This document shows, in pieces, positions 39,457 to 47,785 of a DNA stretch of 64,000 nt. The stretch is from the IMG/VR virus record IMGVR_UViG_3300032116_000004, positions 62,001 to 126,000 of that record, one strand, 5' to 3'. The position numbers and the translations under genes were made by a program. The notes under the pieces were generated by a model. The model was not told the DNA's origin. It did not search any database and saw only the letters and a program-made list of their open reading frames with translations. Within the stretch, counting starts at the first letter, position 1; each line of letters begins with the position of its first letter.

Positions 39457-39527
39457 TTAGGTTTGCGACTGGGATAGTTCAATTGTTCCCACTCTTCGTC
39501 GGTGTAAGGCCACCAATTTAACAGCAT
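39453..39527 (-). CDS. Putative 24-aa micro-protein MLLNWWPYTDEEWEQLNYPSRKPN
   Basis: Overlaps the stop of the upstream small ORF; GGAG upstream; read manually. Confidence 0.4.
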   Translation of the reverse strand: MLLNWWPYTDEEWEQLNYPSRKPN

Positions 39528-39652
39528 TGGCTTTTTTCTCCCATTATACGCTGAGCCGTTTTGTAATTTCCTTGTCGGGCGTGGAAGCTGGCCGCTCTGG
39601 CCCGTGCTATGGATTCAAAAAAACAATATACAGAATTCCAAAAATTTTTCAT
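39518..39652 (-). CDS. 44-aa small protein MKNFWNSVYCFFESIARARAAS...
   Basis: AAGGAA RBS; TATAAATA at 39683-39690 on the minus strand. Confidence 0.6.
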   Translation of the reverse strand: MKNFWNSVYCFFESIARARAASFHARQGNYKTAQRIMGEKSQCC

Positions 39653-39730
39653 CTTTATTTCCTTTCTCATGGTTTCTACTGATATTTATATGTTGCACTA
39701 CCACAAAATGTTAAAATATTATGACAACCA

Positions 39731-39795
39731 AGGTTAGTGCGCACTAACCCAGTGTTTTTGCCCAGGTTGACCAGAAATCGCCATTTTGCTATAAT
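39731..39795 (+). promoter_or_regulatory. Palindrome plus early promoter cassette, copy 2
   Basis: Perfect GGTTAGTGCGCACTAACC (39732-39749); TTGACC-17-TATAAT. Confidence 0.88.
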
Positions 39796-39824
39796 TTGGG
39801 TATAGTGATACACAAGGAGCAACA

Positions 39825-40199
39825 ATGAGCGACTTTAAATCTTGGGAAGAAATGTCAGATCTAGAACGTGCATCATGCACTTTCTGGGACATGTATAAAG
39901 ACGCCTACGGTGTGCGCCCACGTGGCATCGACACCAGCGGCTGGACCTTGGCGGATTTCGACCGCGAGTTTGCATCCCTAGGTCAGGTCATCGAAGCCGA
40001 AGAAGCCCAACGCCGCGAAAGCGAAGCCGAGGCCACGGCCCGGGTGGAGAAAGCCATTGACACCCTGATGCGTTCAGGTGCCCGGGATCGTGCGACAGCG
40101 ATACGTTGGTTGCATGAATCACACGATACCCAGGGAGACGATGAGTATCTCTGTTTCCAACTGGGCCTGCCTTACGGTTATTTCCGTAAGGCGGCTTGA
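39825..40199 (+). CDS. Conserved early phage protein
   Basis: WDMYKDAYGVRPRG; GARDRATAIRW; GLPYGYF. Confidence 0.8.
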   Translation: MSDFKSWEEMSDLERASCTFWDMYKDAYGVRPRGIDTSGWTLADFDREFASLGQVIEAEEAQRRESEAEATARVEKAIDTLMRSGARDRATAIRWLHESHDTQGDDEYLCFQLGLPYGYFRKAA

Positions 40200-40310
40200 T
40201 GTTTGAGGCCGTGATAGGCAGGTGCCTGCCTTGGGGAGCCTTGATACCCCAGAACCCGAAGCAGTCTATTTTTGCTGATTATAGACTATAAAGAAAAATC
40301 AGCACTTATT
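40200..40310 (+). ncRNA. Candidate structured RNA (two hairpins plus H-type pseudoknot)
   Basis: AGGCAGG/CCTGCCT; TGGGG/CCCCA; AGTCTAT/ATAGACT crossing TGCTGATT/AATCAGCA. Confidence 0.5.
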
Positions 40311-40329
40311 ATATCACAAGGAGATACAC

Positions 40330-40605
40330 ATGCCCACAATCAGCGAAGTCAATCACGAAATCATGCACGGCGATTTCACCAATGATCAACTCAATGCCAT
40401 CGCCCTGGCCATCAAGTATCGCCGGCGCCAGATTGGACAAGAAGTAAAAGTCACCATCCGTGTGGGCACTCCGGTGAAGTTCTATCATCCCAAACTGGGC
40501 CAGGACATCTTTGGCACCGTGGACCGTGTGAAGCAGAAATTTATCCTGGTGCAGACACTGGGTGGTCGCTACAATGTTCCGGCCAACCTTTTGGAACGAG
40601 TATGA
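40330..40605 (+). CDS. Small early protein, SH3-like C-terminus
   Basis: AAGGAG RBS; G..VKF...GTV..VK.K...V......V...LL. Confidence 0.7.
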   Translation: MPTISEVNHEIMHGDFTNDQLNAIALAIKYRRRQIGQEVKVTIRVGTPVKFYHPKLGQDIFGTVDRVKQKFILVQTLGGRYNVPANLLERV

Positions 40606-41057
40606 AACAGCAGATCCGATACGATCATACCTTTGAGTTTGACCTCACGGGCCGGGTGCAGTTTGGTGATCTGCCCATAGATACCGTGCATGACTTGTTC
40701 CAGGATGGTCGTGTGGCCAGCAAGTTCCTGGAGAACATCTTGCCAGTATGGTTCGAAGATCTAGAATACGTGGATCAAGACGGCTATGATCATGTGCAGA
40801 CATCCACTGGTCGCAGGCTGGACCTCAAAGGCTTCACCCGCGGTGGTGCCAGTTATGCTCCCAGCAACATGCTGGGTGCCGGGCGCAAGATCGATAGAGA
40901 GAAATTGCATGAGCATGCTCTCACCATCGACTACATACTGAGTGATATCACAGAATTCCCCCGGGTGCGCATCGTGTTCAAACGTGGAACCGAATTGGTA
41001 GAAAACTATCCTGCGGGCAAGATACCCACACAAGAACGAGAACGACTGTTTGGATAA
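40602..41057 (+). CDS. Putative PD-(D/E)xK type II restriction endonuclease (PvuII-like)
   Basis: DLFQD..., GYD-x10-DLK, C-terminal KIP; directly upstream of an MTase. Confidence 0.5.
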   Translation: MKQQIRYDHTFEFDLTGRVQFGDLPIDTVHDLFQDGRVASKFLENILPVWFEDLEYVDQDGYDHVQTSTGRRLDLKGFTRGGASYAPSNMLGAGRKIDREKLHEHALTIDYILSDITEFPRVRIVFKRGTELVENYPAGKIPTQERERLFG

Positions 41058-41844
41058 AAATAACATCATATTGCAGGACTGCGTTACAGGCATGCAGGCC
41101 TTGCCCGAAGCCAGTGTCGATATCTGCGTGACTTCTCCGCCCTACAACCTGGGCATTGGTTACAGCACCTATCGCGACGACCGGCCACGGCAGGACTATC
41201 TCCGATGGCTGGGGTCGGTGTTCGGCGAGATCAAAAGAGTGCTGACCGATGACGGACACTTCTGGCTCAACGTAGGTTACAGCAATCAAGATCCCTGGGT
41301 GGCACAAGACGTGGCGCAGGTGGCTCGTGATCATTTCGTGCTCCAGAATTCCGTGATGTGGGTCAAATCGATCTATGTCAACGGAAAGACATCGGGACAC
41401 TTCAAACCAGTGAACTCCGAACGTTACATCGCTCCCACATGGGAGCATGTGTTCCATTTCACCAAGGCAGGTCGGAGCCCATTGGACAAACTCACCATTG
41501 GTGTGCCCTACGAATACTATGCGGAGAATCTACGCAATCCCAAGACTGCCGGAACCAAACCCAATCTACGCTGTCGTGGCAACACCTGGTTCATACCCTA
41601 TGAGACCATCAGCAACCGGGCCAAGCATCGAGGCGATCATCCGGCCACTTTTCCTGTGGCCTTGGCCGAAAATTGCATCCGTGTGTCAGGCATCACATCA
41701 GGCACTGTGCTGGACCCATTCATGGGATCAGGCACTACTGCCATCGCGGCCCATCGCTGTGGTCTGTCATGGATGGGCTTTGAAATTGATGCAAACTACA
41801 GGGACTTTGCCCTGGATCGCATAGCCGCAGAAACCGCTGGTTGA
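41050..41844 (+). CDS. Beta-class DNA methyltransferase (N4-C/N6-A)
   Basis: TSPPY, HPATFP, VLDPFMGSGTT. Confidence 0.93.
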   Translation: MDKNNIILQDCVTGMQALPEASVDICVTSPPYNLGIGYSTYRDDRPRQDYLRWLGSVFGEIKRVLTDDGHFWLNVGYSNQDPWVAQDVAQVARDHFVLQNSVMWVKSIYVNGKTSGHFKPVNSERYIAPTWEHVFHFTKAGRSPLDKLTIGVPYEYYAENLRNPKTAGTKPNLRCRGNTWFIPYETISNRAKHRGDHPATFPVALAENCIRVSGITSGTVLDPFMGSGTTAIAAHRCGLSWMGFEIDANYRDFALDRIAAETAG

Positions 41845-41870
41845 CCAGAAATAGTGATTTCGGTTATAAT
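41841..41870 (+). promoter_or_regulatory. Early promoter (no palindrome)
   Basis: TTGACC-18-TATAAT. Confidence 0.75.
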
Positions 41871-41876
41871 ATGGGT

Positions 41877-42107
41877 ATGCTAAGAAATGACCGAATCACC
41901 TGGGGCCTCAAATGGGCCGGAACTATCGTAACCCTGGCTGGAGCACTCTGCACCAGCCTCCGCATTGATCCTTTGAACGTATATCTGCTGAATCTAGGCA
42001 GTTTGGTTTTTGTGCTATGGGCCGTGCGTATCCGCGACCGTGCCATGATCACTGTGAACGTGGGCTTATTGTCCATATACCTTGTAGGGTTATTTTTCAC
42101 TAGGTAA
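41877..42107 (+). CDS. Three-TM small membrane protein (possibly leaderless)
   Basis: Hydrophobic; ATG begins 7 nt after the -10 hexamer. Confidence 0.7.
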   Translation: MLRNDRITWGLKWAGTIVTLAGALCTSLRIDPLNVYLLNLGSLVFVLWAVRIRDRAMITVNVGLLSIYLVGLFFTR

Positions 42108-42156
42108 GTGCGCACTAACCTAGCGGTTGACCAAAAAAGCCATTTTCGGTTATAAT
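42100..42156 (+). promoter_or_regulatory. Palindrome plus early promoter cassette, copy 3
   Basis: CTAGGTAAGTGCGCACTAACCTAG; TTGACC-18-TATAAT. Confidence 0.88.
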
Positions 42157-42185
42157 ATAGGTATAGTAAACATCAAGGAGCAGAT

Positions 42186-42464
42186 ATGTCATATTACATC
42201 ATAGTCAAAGCCACAGGACTCATCGTTTCGGATGGCCCAAATCGCACTCGTGCCTATCGCACTCAAGGTGCCGCCAAGGCCACCATCACTAGATTGGTCA
42301 AGAAAGCCGGTTGGAAGGGCAACGAGTTTGAAATCACTCACACCCGCGATTACCAACCACGCATGGTCACTCGTCGGAATTTGATGTCAGGCCAGGAGTT
42401 CCAAGAAGATGTGAACACTCCTTACTTCTGCTCGCCTGCATCCGAATCCTACTGGAGCATGTGA
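42186..42464 (+). CDS. Conserved early phage protein
   Basis: NLMSG.EF.E..NTP..CSP.SE.YWSM motif. Confidence 0.8.
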   Translation: MSYYIIVKATGLIVSDGPNRTRAYRTQGAAKATITRLVKKAGWKGNEFEITHTRDYQPRMVTRRNLMSGQEFQEDVNTPYFCSPASESYWSM

Positions 42465-42862
42465 TCGTGGCGCTGAAGATCATGCGCGAAGTCACTGAAT
42501 GGAAGGGCGTGGAATATCGCCTGCCCAACCATGTGTATCTCATGGATGGCGACAAGGTCTATGCCTACTCCAAATGGGGTCAAAGCGAGCCCCAATACAT
42601 GAAGACCTTTCTCCGCATGGATCGCAGGGGCAGAAAGTTTGAAGAAGTCAAAAAGAACACCTGGAAGTTCGATCTATCAATACAGACCGAAGCCCCTGCC
42701 AAAGAGCCAGAACCTCAAGGTGAGATCTGGACTGTGCAAGGGAGCAAAGGCAACCAATATTTTGTCAATCTTTCGGCCGGACACTGGTCATGCACCTGTC
42801 CCGGATTTGGATTCCGACGCCATTGTCGGCATGTGGACGAACTGCAAACTGCCCAAAAATAA
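42461..42862 (+). CDS. SWIM zinc-finger protein
   Basis: VQGSKG..Y.V, CTCPGF.FRRHCRH. Confidence 0.82.
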   Translation: MIVALKIMREVTEWKGVEYRLPNHVYLMDGDKVYAYSKWGQSEPQYMKTFLRMDRRGRKFEEVKKNTWKFDLSIQTEAPAKEPEPQGEIWTVQGSKGNQYFVNLSAGHWSCTCPGFGFRRHCRHVDELQTAQK

Positions 42863-42883
42863 ACCGCCTCAAGGGCGGTTTAT
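42859..42883. terminator. Hairpin between convergent genes (bidirectional terminator)
   Basis: ATAAACCGCC/GGCGGTTTAT. Confidence 0.7.
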
Positions 42884-42909
42884 CCTTTCGAAAACCCGGT
42901 GAGCCTGGA

Positions 42910-43068
42910 TTACTTCTTGGCTTCTTTCTTTTCGTCTTTCTTGTCCTTCTTTTCTTCTTTCTTCACTTCGGCTTTTTTTGGCTCTTCTTTCTTAGCAGGA
43001 GCGGGTGTCTGGGCGACGGCCACACCAGCGGCAAAAAGACCAGCGATAAGAGTTGCGATTGCTTTCAT
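42910..43068 (-). CDS. Small exported Lys/Glu-rich protein (acid-shock/Asr-like composition)
   Basis: Signal peptide, KKEE repeats, GGAGG RBS. Confidence 0.7.
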   Translation of the reverse strand: MKAIATLIAGLFAAGVAVAQTPAPAKKEEPKKAEVKKEEKKDKKDEKKEAKK

Positions 43069-43260
43069 GATTCCTCCAATTGGATAAAAGCGGTGTGAGC
43101 AAGACCATCCTGCCCACAATGCTATATATCACGTTTCAATGATACAAGATGGGTAAACTCACAGCAGTAATTCTACCAAAATCGTAGATCTTACTGCCGA
43201 CATAGTGTATTATTATAACACGCTGTAAAACACAGCGACTTACTATAGAAAGGTAATACT

Positions 43261-43530
43261 GTGAAATTTATCAATCCCGAAACCAAGACGTTCCGTGTGC
43301 TCAAAGCACTGCAAAATGGTCAACCCGTGACCGAATCCAAGGCCAAGAAAATGGGCATCGGCAATCTCAACGCCGAAATCCATCGCATCCGCCAGCATGG
43401 ATTCGCTGTCTACACCAACCGTCGCACCGCAGGTAATGGTGTGAACGTGACTGAGTATGTGTTGGGCAAACCAAGCCGTAACATGGTTGCTTTGGCATAC
43501 AAAGCACAGGCCATGGGTATCACGGTCTAA
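43261..43530 (+). CDS. Winged helix-turn-helix DNA-binding protein
   Basis: VL.ALQ.G..VT....GI.N..AEI.RIR..G..VY pattern. Confidence 0.7.
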   Translation: MKFINPETKTFRVLKALQNGQPVTESKAKKMGIGNLNAEIHRIRQHGFAVYTNRRTAGNGVNVTEYVLGKPSRNMVALAYKAQAMGITV

Positions 43531-43571
43531 TCAAAGGTTCGCTGGCCAACCCAAATTGGTCACCCTTGTCC

Positions 43572-43601
43572 AAAAGGCTACCACGGTAGCCTTTTTTTTT
43601 T
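43572..43601 (+). terminator. Intrinsic terminator
   Basis: AAAAGGCTACC/GGTAGCCTTTT plus T run. Confidence 0.88.
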
Positions 43602-43603
43602 GA

Positions 43604-43632
43604 TTGACCGGTAATTTCTTTTTTGCTATAAT
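43604..43632 (+). promoter_or_regulatory. Early promoter
   Basis: TTGACC-17-TATAAT. Confidence 0.75.
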
Positions 43633-43637
43633 TAGAT

Positions 43638-44102
43638 ATGCTAAAAAAACTCATGCAACGATTAGGACGACATCGGGTGATCATGGATCGCCAGGACGAC
43701 GAACCTTATCTGGAAAGATATTATCTATTCCTCAAGGATCGCCAACGGTTTCCGTTCAATGTGTTCTTGCACCGATTCCTCAAGGGTGATCCCCACGATG
43801 TGCATGATCATCCCTGGCCCTATGCCACTCTGATATTGAAAGGCGGATACTATGAATGGGTTCCACAGTTTGATAGCCAAGGGCGCAAATCCAGTGAGAT
43901 TCGTCACTGGCGTGGCCCCGGACATTTCCGCATCTGTGGTGCTGGCAGTTACCATCGCATTGAACTCAAACCGGGTGTGACTGCCTGGACCTTGTTCATG
44001 CCCGGACCACATCGACGCGAATGGGGATTTTTGTTTAACAACAAGTGGATCCCCCACAACGAATATTTCCAACTGAGACGTTTGCTAAACAACAAGGAGT
44101 AA
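43638..44102 (+). CDS. Cupin-like conserved phage protein
   Basis: YLERYYL, HDHPW, GGYYE, HRIEL, WGF. Confidence 0.75.
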   Translation: MLKKLMQRLGRHRVIMDRQDDEPYLERYYLFLKDRQRFPFNVFLHRFLKGDPHDVHDHPWPYATLILKGGYYEWVPQFDSQGRKSSEIRHWRGPGHFRICGAGSYHRIELKPGVTAWTLFMPGPHRREWGFLFNNKWIPHNEYFQLRRLLNNKE

Positions 44103-44106
44103 GGCC

Positions 44107-44640
44107 ATGCCCAACTGGTGTTCCAACACTTTGACCCTGTCGCACGAAGATCCTGCACAAATACGTCGCGCGGCCGATGCGTTCCAACGCGGAGAACTCC
44201 TACAAGAATTGGTGCCCAATCCCAGCAGTGAATGGAACTATGAATGGTCATGCGAACATTGGGGAACCAAATGGGACGTGGGCGGCAAAGATTATGGTGA
44301 ACCTGACATCTCTGATGATGGTCGAAGCATGACCGTGAACTTTGATTCGGCTTGGGCACCGCCCACAGCGGCCTATGATGTCATGCTCGATCAAGGATTT
44401 GATGTGGAAGCCATGTATTATGAGCCTGGTTGTGCGTTCGCAGGGATCTACTCTGGCGGTTCAGACGACAACTACGATCTCACAGACATGGACAGCAAGG
44501 CCGCCAAAGAAGCCTTGCCCCCGGATCTAGACGATTGGTTCGCCATCTCAGAAACCATGGCCGAATACGAAGACGAAGAGCCCTTGACAGAATGGTATAT
44601 ACAAGGTGCCAAAGACAAAGGACTGATCAAAGATGAGTGA
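44107..44640 (+). CDS. YubB/ferredoxin-like domain phage protein
   Basis: MPNWCSN, WGTKW, FDSAWAPP, YYEPG. Confidence 0.8.
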   Translation: MPNWCSNTLTLSHEDPAQIRRAADAFQRGELLQELVPNPSSEWNYEWSCEHWGTKWDVGGKDYGEPDISDDGRSMTVNFDSAWAPPTAAYDVMLDQGFDVEAMYYEPGCAFAGIYSGGSDDNYDLTDMDSKAAKEALPPDLDDWFAISETMAEYEDEEPLTEWYIQGAKDKGLIKDE

Positions 44641-45001
44641 TTTTATTGTAGGTGGTATCCTGGGCATGCTCCTGGGCATATGGCTGTTCTATCTTGTGAT
44701 GAAAATGGCCGTGCATATCACTGTGGCCCGAGCCAGCAAAGAATTACAGGACCTAGAGAAGGCCATAGAGCAATATCACGAAGAAGACATGATACCGTGC
44801 CGTGTGGAGTCGCATCAAGGCATGTTTTTCGTGTATAATGATCAAACCAATGAATTTATGGCACAAGGCAATACCTTGACCGAACTGAGAGAGCGCATCA
44901 AAGCCCGCTGGTCCAACATACGTGTGAGCGTGGTGGCCGGTGACGAAGCAGTTCTCCAACAACTGAAAGAGCAATTAAATGAAAGTAGCAGTAGCCAGTG
45001 A
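44633..45001 (+). CDS. Membrane-anchored hypothetical protein
   Basis: N-terminal TM helix; FMAQG motif. Confidence 0.65.
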   Translation: MSDFIVGGILGMLLGIWLFYLVMKMAVHITVARASKELQDLEKAIEQYHEEDMIPCRVESHQGMFFVYNDQTNEFMAQGNTLTELRERIKARWSNIRVSVVAGDEAVLQQLKEQLNESSSSQ

Positions 45002-45860
45002 TGTGCATCTGGAATTTGGAGATTGTGATATCCCCAACACAGAGTCAGCCGATGTGCTGATCCTATCGGGCGATATCTGTGTAGCCCGCGACATCGGTCG
45101 CCCGGATACCACCAATTTCATGGAAGGTGCTCGTAGCCAACGCATACGAGATTTCTTCCAGCGTGTAAGCGAGGCATTCCCTCATGTGATTTTTGTCATG
45201 GGCAATCATGAACACTATCACGGAGACTTTGCAAAGAGTTACAGCATCCTGAAAAACATGTTGGCCGACACCCATCTCCACAATGTTTACCTTTTGGAAA
45301 AAGCGTGCCGGGATATAGATGGTTGGACATTCATCGGTGGCACCTTGTGGACAGACTTTAACGGAGCCGATCTTCAGACCATGCAACATGCGTCATGGGG
45401 CATGAACGATTATCACGGAATCCGCAATTCTAATTCTGGGCATGCTTCGGGCATCTGGAAACTGATCCCCGAGCATACCTTGCGAGACCATTATGCCATG
45501 CGAGATTACATCCGGGTGGTGCTGGACAACCGCAGAGATCAAGGTCTGCGCGATCGCCGGGTGGTAGTGGTTGGACATCATGCGCCCAGCCGTTCCTCAA
45601 CACACCCACGCTATCGACATGACATCCTGATGAATGGTTGCTACTCCACACCCATGGACGAGTTCATCCTAACACACCCGGAGATCGTGTTATGGACACA
45701 TGGTCACACTCACGAAGATTTTGATTACATGATCGGATCAACCCGTGTGGTATGCAACCCACGCGGCTACATTGGACACGAAGAAAGGGCCGACCGATGG
45801 CAGGCAAAATACATAGATTTGGACAGTATGTCCGCTACAGCGGAGTCAGTGTCATTGTAG
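44979..45860 (+). CDS. Calcineurin-like metallophosphoesterase
   Basis: SDVHLE, GD, GNHE, HHAPS, HGHTH, NPRGY. Confidence 0.9.
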   Translation: MKVAVASDVHLEFGDCDIPNTESADVLILSGDICVARDIGRPDTTNFMEGARSQRIRDFFQRVSEAFPHVIFVMGNHEHYHGDFAKSYSILKNMLADTHLHNVYLLEKACRDIDGWTFIGGTLWTDFNGADLQTMQHASWGMNDYHGIRNSNSGHASGIWKLIPEHTLRDHYAMRDYIRVVLDNRRDQGLRDRRVVVVGHHAPSRSSTHPRYRHDILMNGCYSTPMDEFILTHPEIVLWTHGHTHEDFDYMIGSTRVVCNPRGYIGHEERADRWQAKYIDLDSMSATAESVSL

Positions 45861-46000
45861 CACTAAATCCACTGTGGTGGAAGGTGTTACCCTGGGCCAG
45901 GAATGAAACGGTAGCAGAATGGGGAGCCGCAGAACACACCTACGCCTGCGGCTTCCTTGGTGTTACTATTCGGGTTTGGATCGACTCGGGAGATTGGTAA
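45797..46000 (+). CDS. Small hypothetical protein
   Basis: YSG....LNP..W..WIDSGDW. Confidence 0.5.
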   Translation: MAGKIHRFGQYVRYSGVSVIVALNPLWWKVLPWARNETVAEWGAAEHTYACGFLGVTIRVWIDSGDW

Positions 46001-46070
46001 TGGCCACAGAGATCACAGTGGCAAAGAAAAATATTTTAGACTATTTGATTTTAATTGGATATACTGAGAG

Positions 46071-46099
46071 TTGACAATAATAAATATCTTTGCTATACT
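46071..46099 (+). promoter_or_regulatory. sigma70 promoter of the AT-rich gene
   Basis: TTGACA-17-TATACT with TG extension. Confidence 0.8.
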
Positions 46100-46105
46100 A
46101 ATGGC

Positions 46106-46185
46106 ATAGTATTAAAAATCAGTTTGATACTATTATTTTATTACATCTGAAGATGTAATCTAGCTAGGTCTGAAGATTTAGTTAG
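46106..46185 (+). ncRNA. Triple-hairpin 5' leader
   Basis: Three consecutive stems; two share TC-TGAA-GA; G-U pairs present. Confidence 0.5.
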
Positions 46186-46211
46186 TGATACAAGCATTCT
46201 ACAAAGGAGAA

Positions 46212-47225
46212 ATGATGCTTACTAAAACTACCCCACAATCGTGGCATGCCCACACACCTATCCCGCAAACTCGCATAGTTGATCCTATCGAACTCGACGA
46301 TGAACTGAAATCATTGCCGCTGTTTGGTGCACCTCCGAGAGGAGTTATGGCCGGTTACGAACGAGTATCAGTTAATGCTCCAATGGCAATAGCTCAGCGA
46401 CCTTTTCATCCAAAAAATGTTCGCAAAAACATTATAAAAACTAAAGGCCAGATTGATTGGAATTTGTTTGGTGTAGCTACTGCTGTTCGAAACAAAAAAA
46501 CAGGCGAAACATGCATTATCAACGGGCAACATCGTATTAGTCTTATTAAGACTTTGGATCCCAGCATTAAAGATGTTCCAGCACACATCATCGAAGAAGA
46601 TGACGAAGTTTATGTAGCCAAATTATTTGGTTATATGAACGGTGGAGCCAGTGATGCGGTTACTCGTGAAGAAAGACTTTGGGCAGATATTGTTGCTCAA
46701 GACCCACAGGCCTTGAATATTGAGCGTATATTAGTTAAATGTGGTCTTGGATGCGGAATTGTAAATGAGCTCGACTCCAAAGGAAATAGAAATATACAAG
46801 TCAATGTCGCAGGATTTGAAAAATGTATTGCTATAGGAGAGGACGAAACAATCAGAGCACTTGCTTTGATACGCAAAGCCTACCCACAGGAGAAAAAAAA
46901 TATTGATCAACAACTTCTGGGATTGACTACGTTTCTTGGTATTAGAGAATACGACAAGATCATGGACCCAACAACTAAACTAAGTCAAAGATTTGATGAG
47001 TGGTTTATCAACGTAGTTCCTCAAAGTTTATCTTTTGACAAAGGTTTAAAGTTTTTTGCCAACAGAAATTGGGCACCAAGTTGGGAAGATGCGATAGCAT
47101 ACGGTATTGCTAAAAAGTTTAGATTTTGGTTAGGAGTTCGTGGATTCCCTCAAATCGGAATGACTACGTTAAACGATCTTAAACGCCGTCATAGCAAGAA
47201 ATTTGAAGACGAGGATGAAGAATAA
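46212..47225 (+). CDS. ParB/Srx-like (DGQHR-type) domain protein
   Basis: QRP...., IINGQHR, VPAHI, A.LF..MN; AT-rich codon usage. Confidence 0.7.
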   Translation: MMLTKTTPQSWHAHTPIPQTRIVDPIELDDELKSLPLFGAPPRGVMAGYERVSVNAPMAIAQRPFHPKNVRKNIIKTKGQIDWNLFGVATAVRNKKTGETCIINGQHRISLIKTLDPSIKDVPAHIIEEDDEVYVAKLFGYMNGGASDAVTREERLWADIVAQDPQALNIERILVKCGLGCGIVNELDSKGNRNIQVNVAGFEKCIAIGEDETIRALALIRKAYPQEKKNIDQQLLGLTTFLGIREYDKIMDPTTKLSQRFDEWFINVVPQSLSFDKGLKFFANRNWAPSWEDAIAYGIAKKFRFWLGVRGFPQIGMTTLNDLKRRHSKKFEDEDEE

Positions 47226-47409
47226 TACCAACGATCCATGTTGGAAAAGCCCGGGTCACGAAATGCGTGCCTGGGCCGAAGAATGGGAAAAAGAGATAGG
47301 TAATCAAGGTCACGGCCTTGGGGATTTATCTCAACCTTGTCAGGCAAAACCAGGAGAAATTTGTCCAGCCTGCGACAAAGAATGGCAATGGCCGCAACAA
47401 TTACCTTGA
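47215..47409 (+). CDS. Small hypothetical protein
   Basis: GAGG RBS; CPAC. Confidence 0.4.
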   Translation: MKNNTNDPCWKSPGHEMRAWAEEWEKEIGNQGHGLGDLSQPCQAKPGEICPACDKEWQWPQQLP

Positions 47410-47585
47410 CAAGAAAACAGTTAGAACGTATAATAACACACATGGCTCTTGATGATGGCATTGAGAGTGTGACTATTTTTGAAACTAACACATCCGGCAT
47501 TGGTGCTAGCCATCATGCCTTGTTTAATAAAAGTCAGATCGAACGCAGTTTCGAAGATGATATAACAGACGTGGAGGTGTGGTAA
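47388..47585 (+). CDS. Small hypothetical protein
   Basis: TSGIG, DITDVEVW. Confidence 0.6.
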   Translation: MAATITLTRKQLERIITHMALDDGIESVTIFETNTSGIGASHHALFNKSQIERSFEDDITDVEVW

Positions 47586-47785
47586 TGCACGAAAGATTTA
47601 AGCAACTTAGTTTGATGGCAGGCGGCAGCCATTATCCTAGTATCAACCCAGATCTACAGCAACGATTTGGCGAGTTGATCGTGCAGGAGTGCATTGAGCA
47701 ACTGCTAGAGTGGAAGAACGAACCTTTTCCATTTGATGAGAAAACCGCTGTGTGGATTTTAAAAGAACATTTTGGAGTCAAATGA
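47585..47785 (+). CDS. Small phage protein, F.ELI..EC...KEHFGV family
   Basis: Paralog of the next gene. Confidence 0.7.
   Translation: MHERFKQLSLMAGGSHYPSINPDLQQRFGELIVQECIEQLLEWKNEPFPFDEKTAVWILKEHFGVK

Noticed and set aside
39731-39750. Palindrome as an integron attC site or Xer dif site (AGTGCGCA.TAA resembles the XerC arm)
   Set aside because: The GTT and AAC cores are in the wrong order and too close for attC. There is no XerD arm, and the element always accompanies a promoter.
40195-40265. Hammerhead, pistol, SAM-II or preQ1 identity for the intergenic RNA
   Set aside because: The CUGANGA/GAAA core and the recalled riboswitch consensus residues are absent. Kept only as an unclassified candidate.
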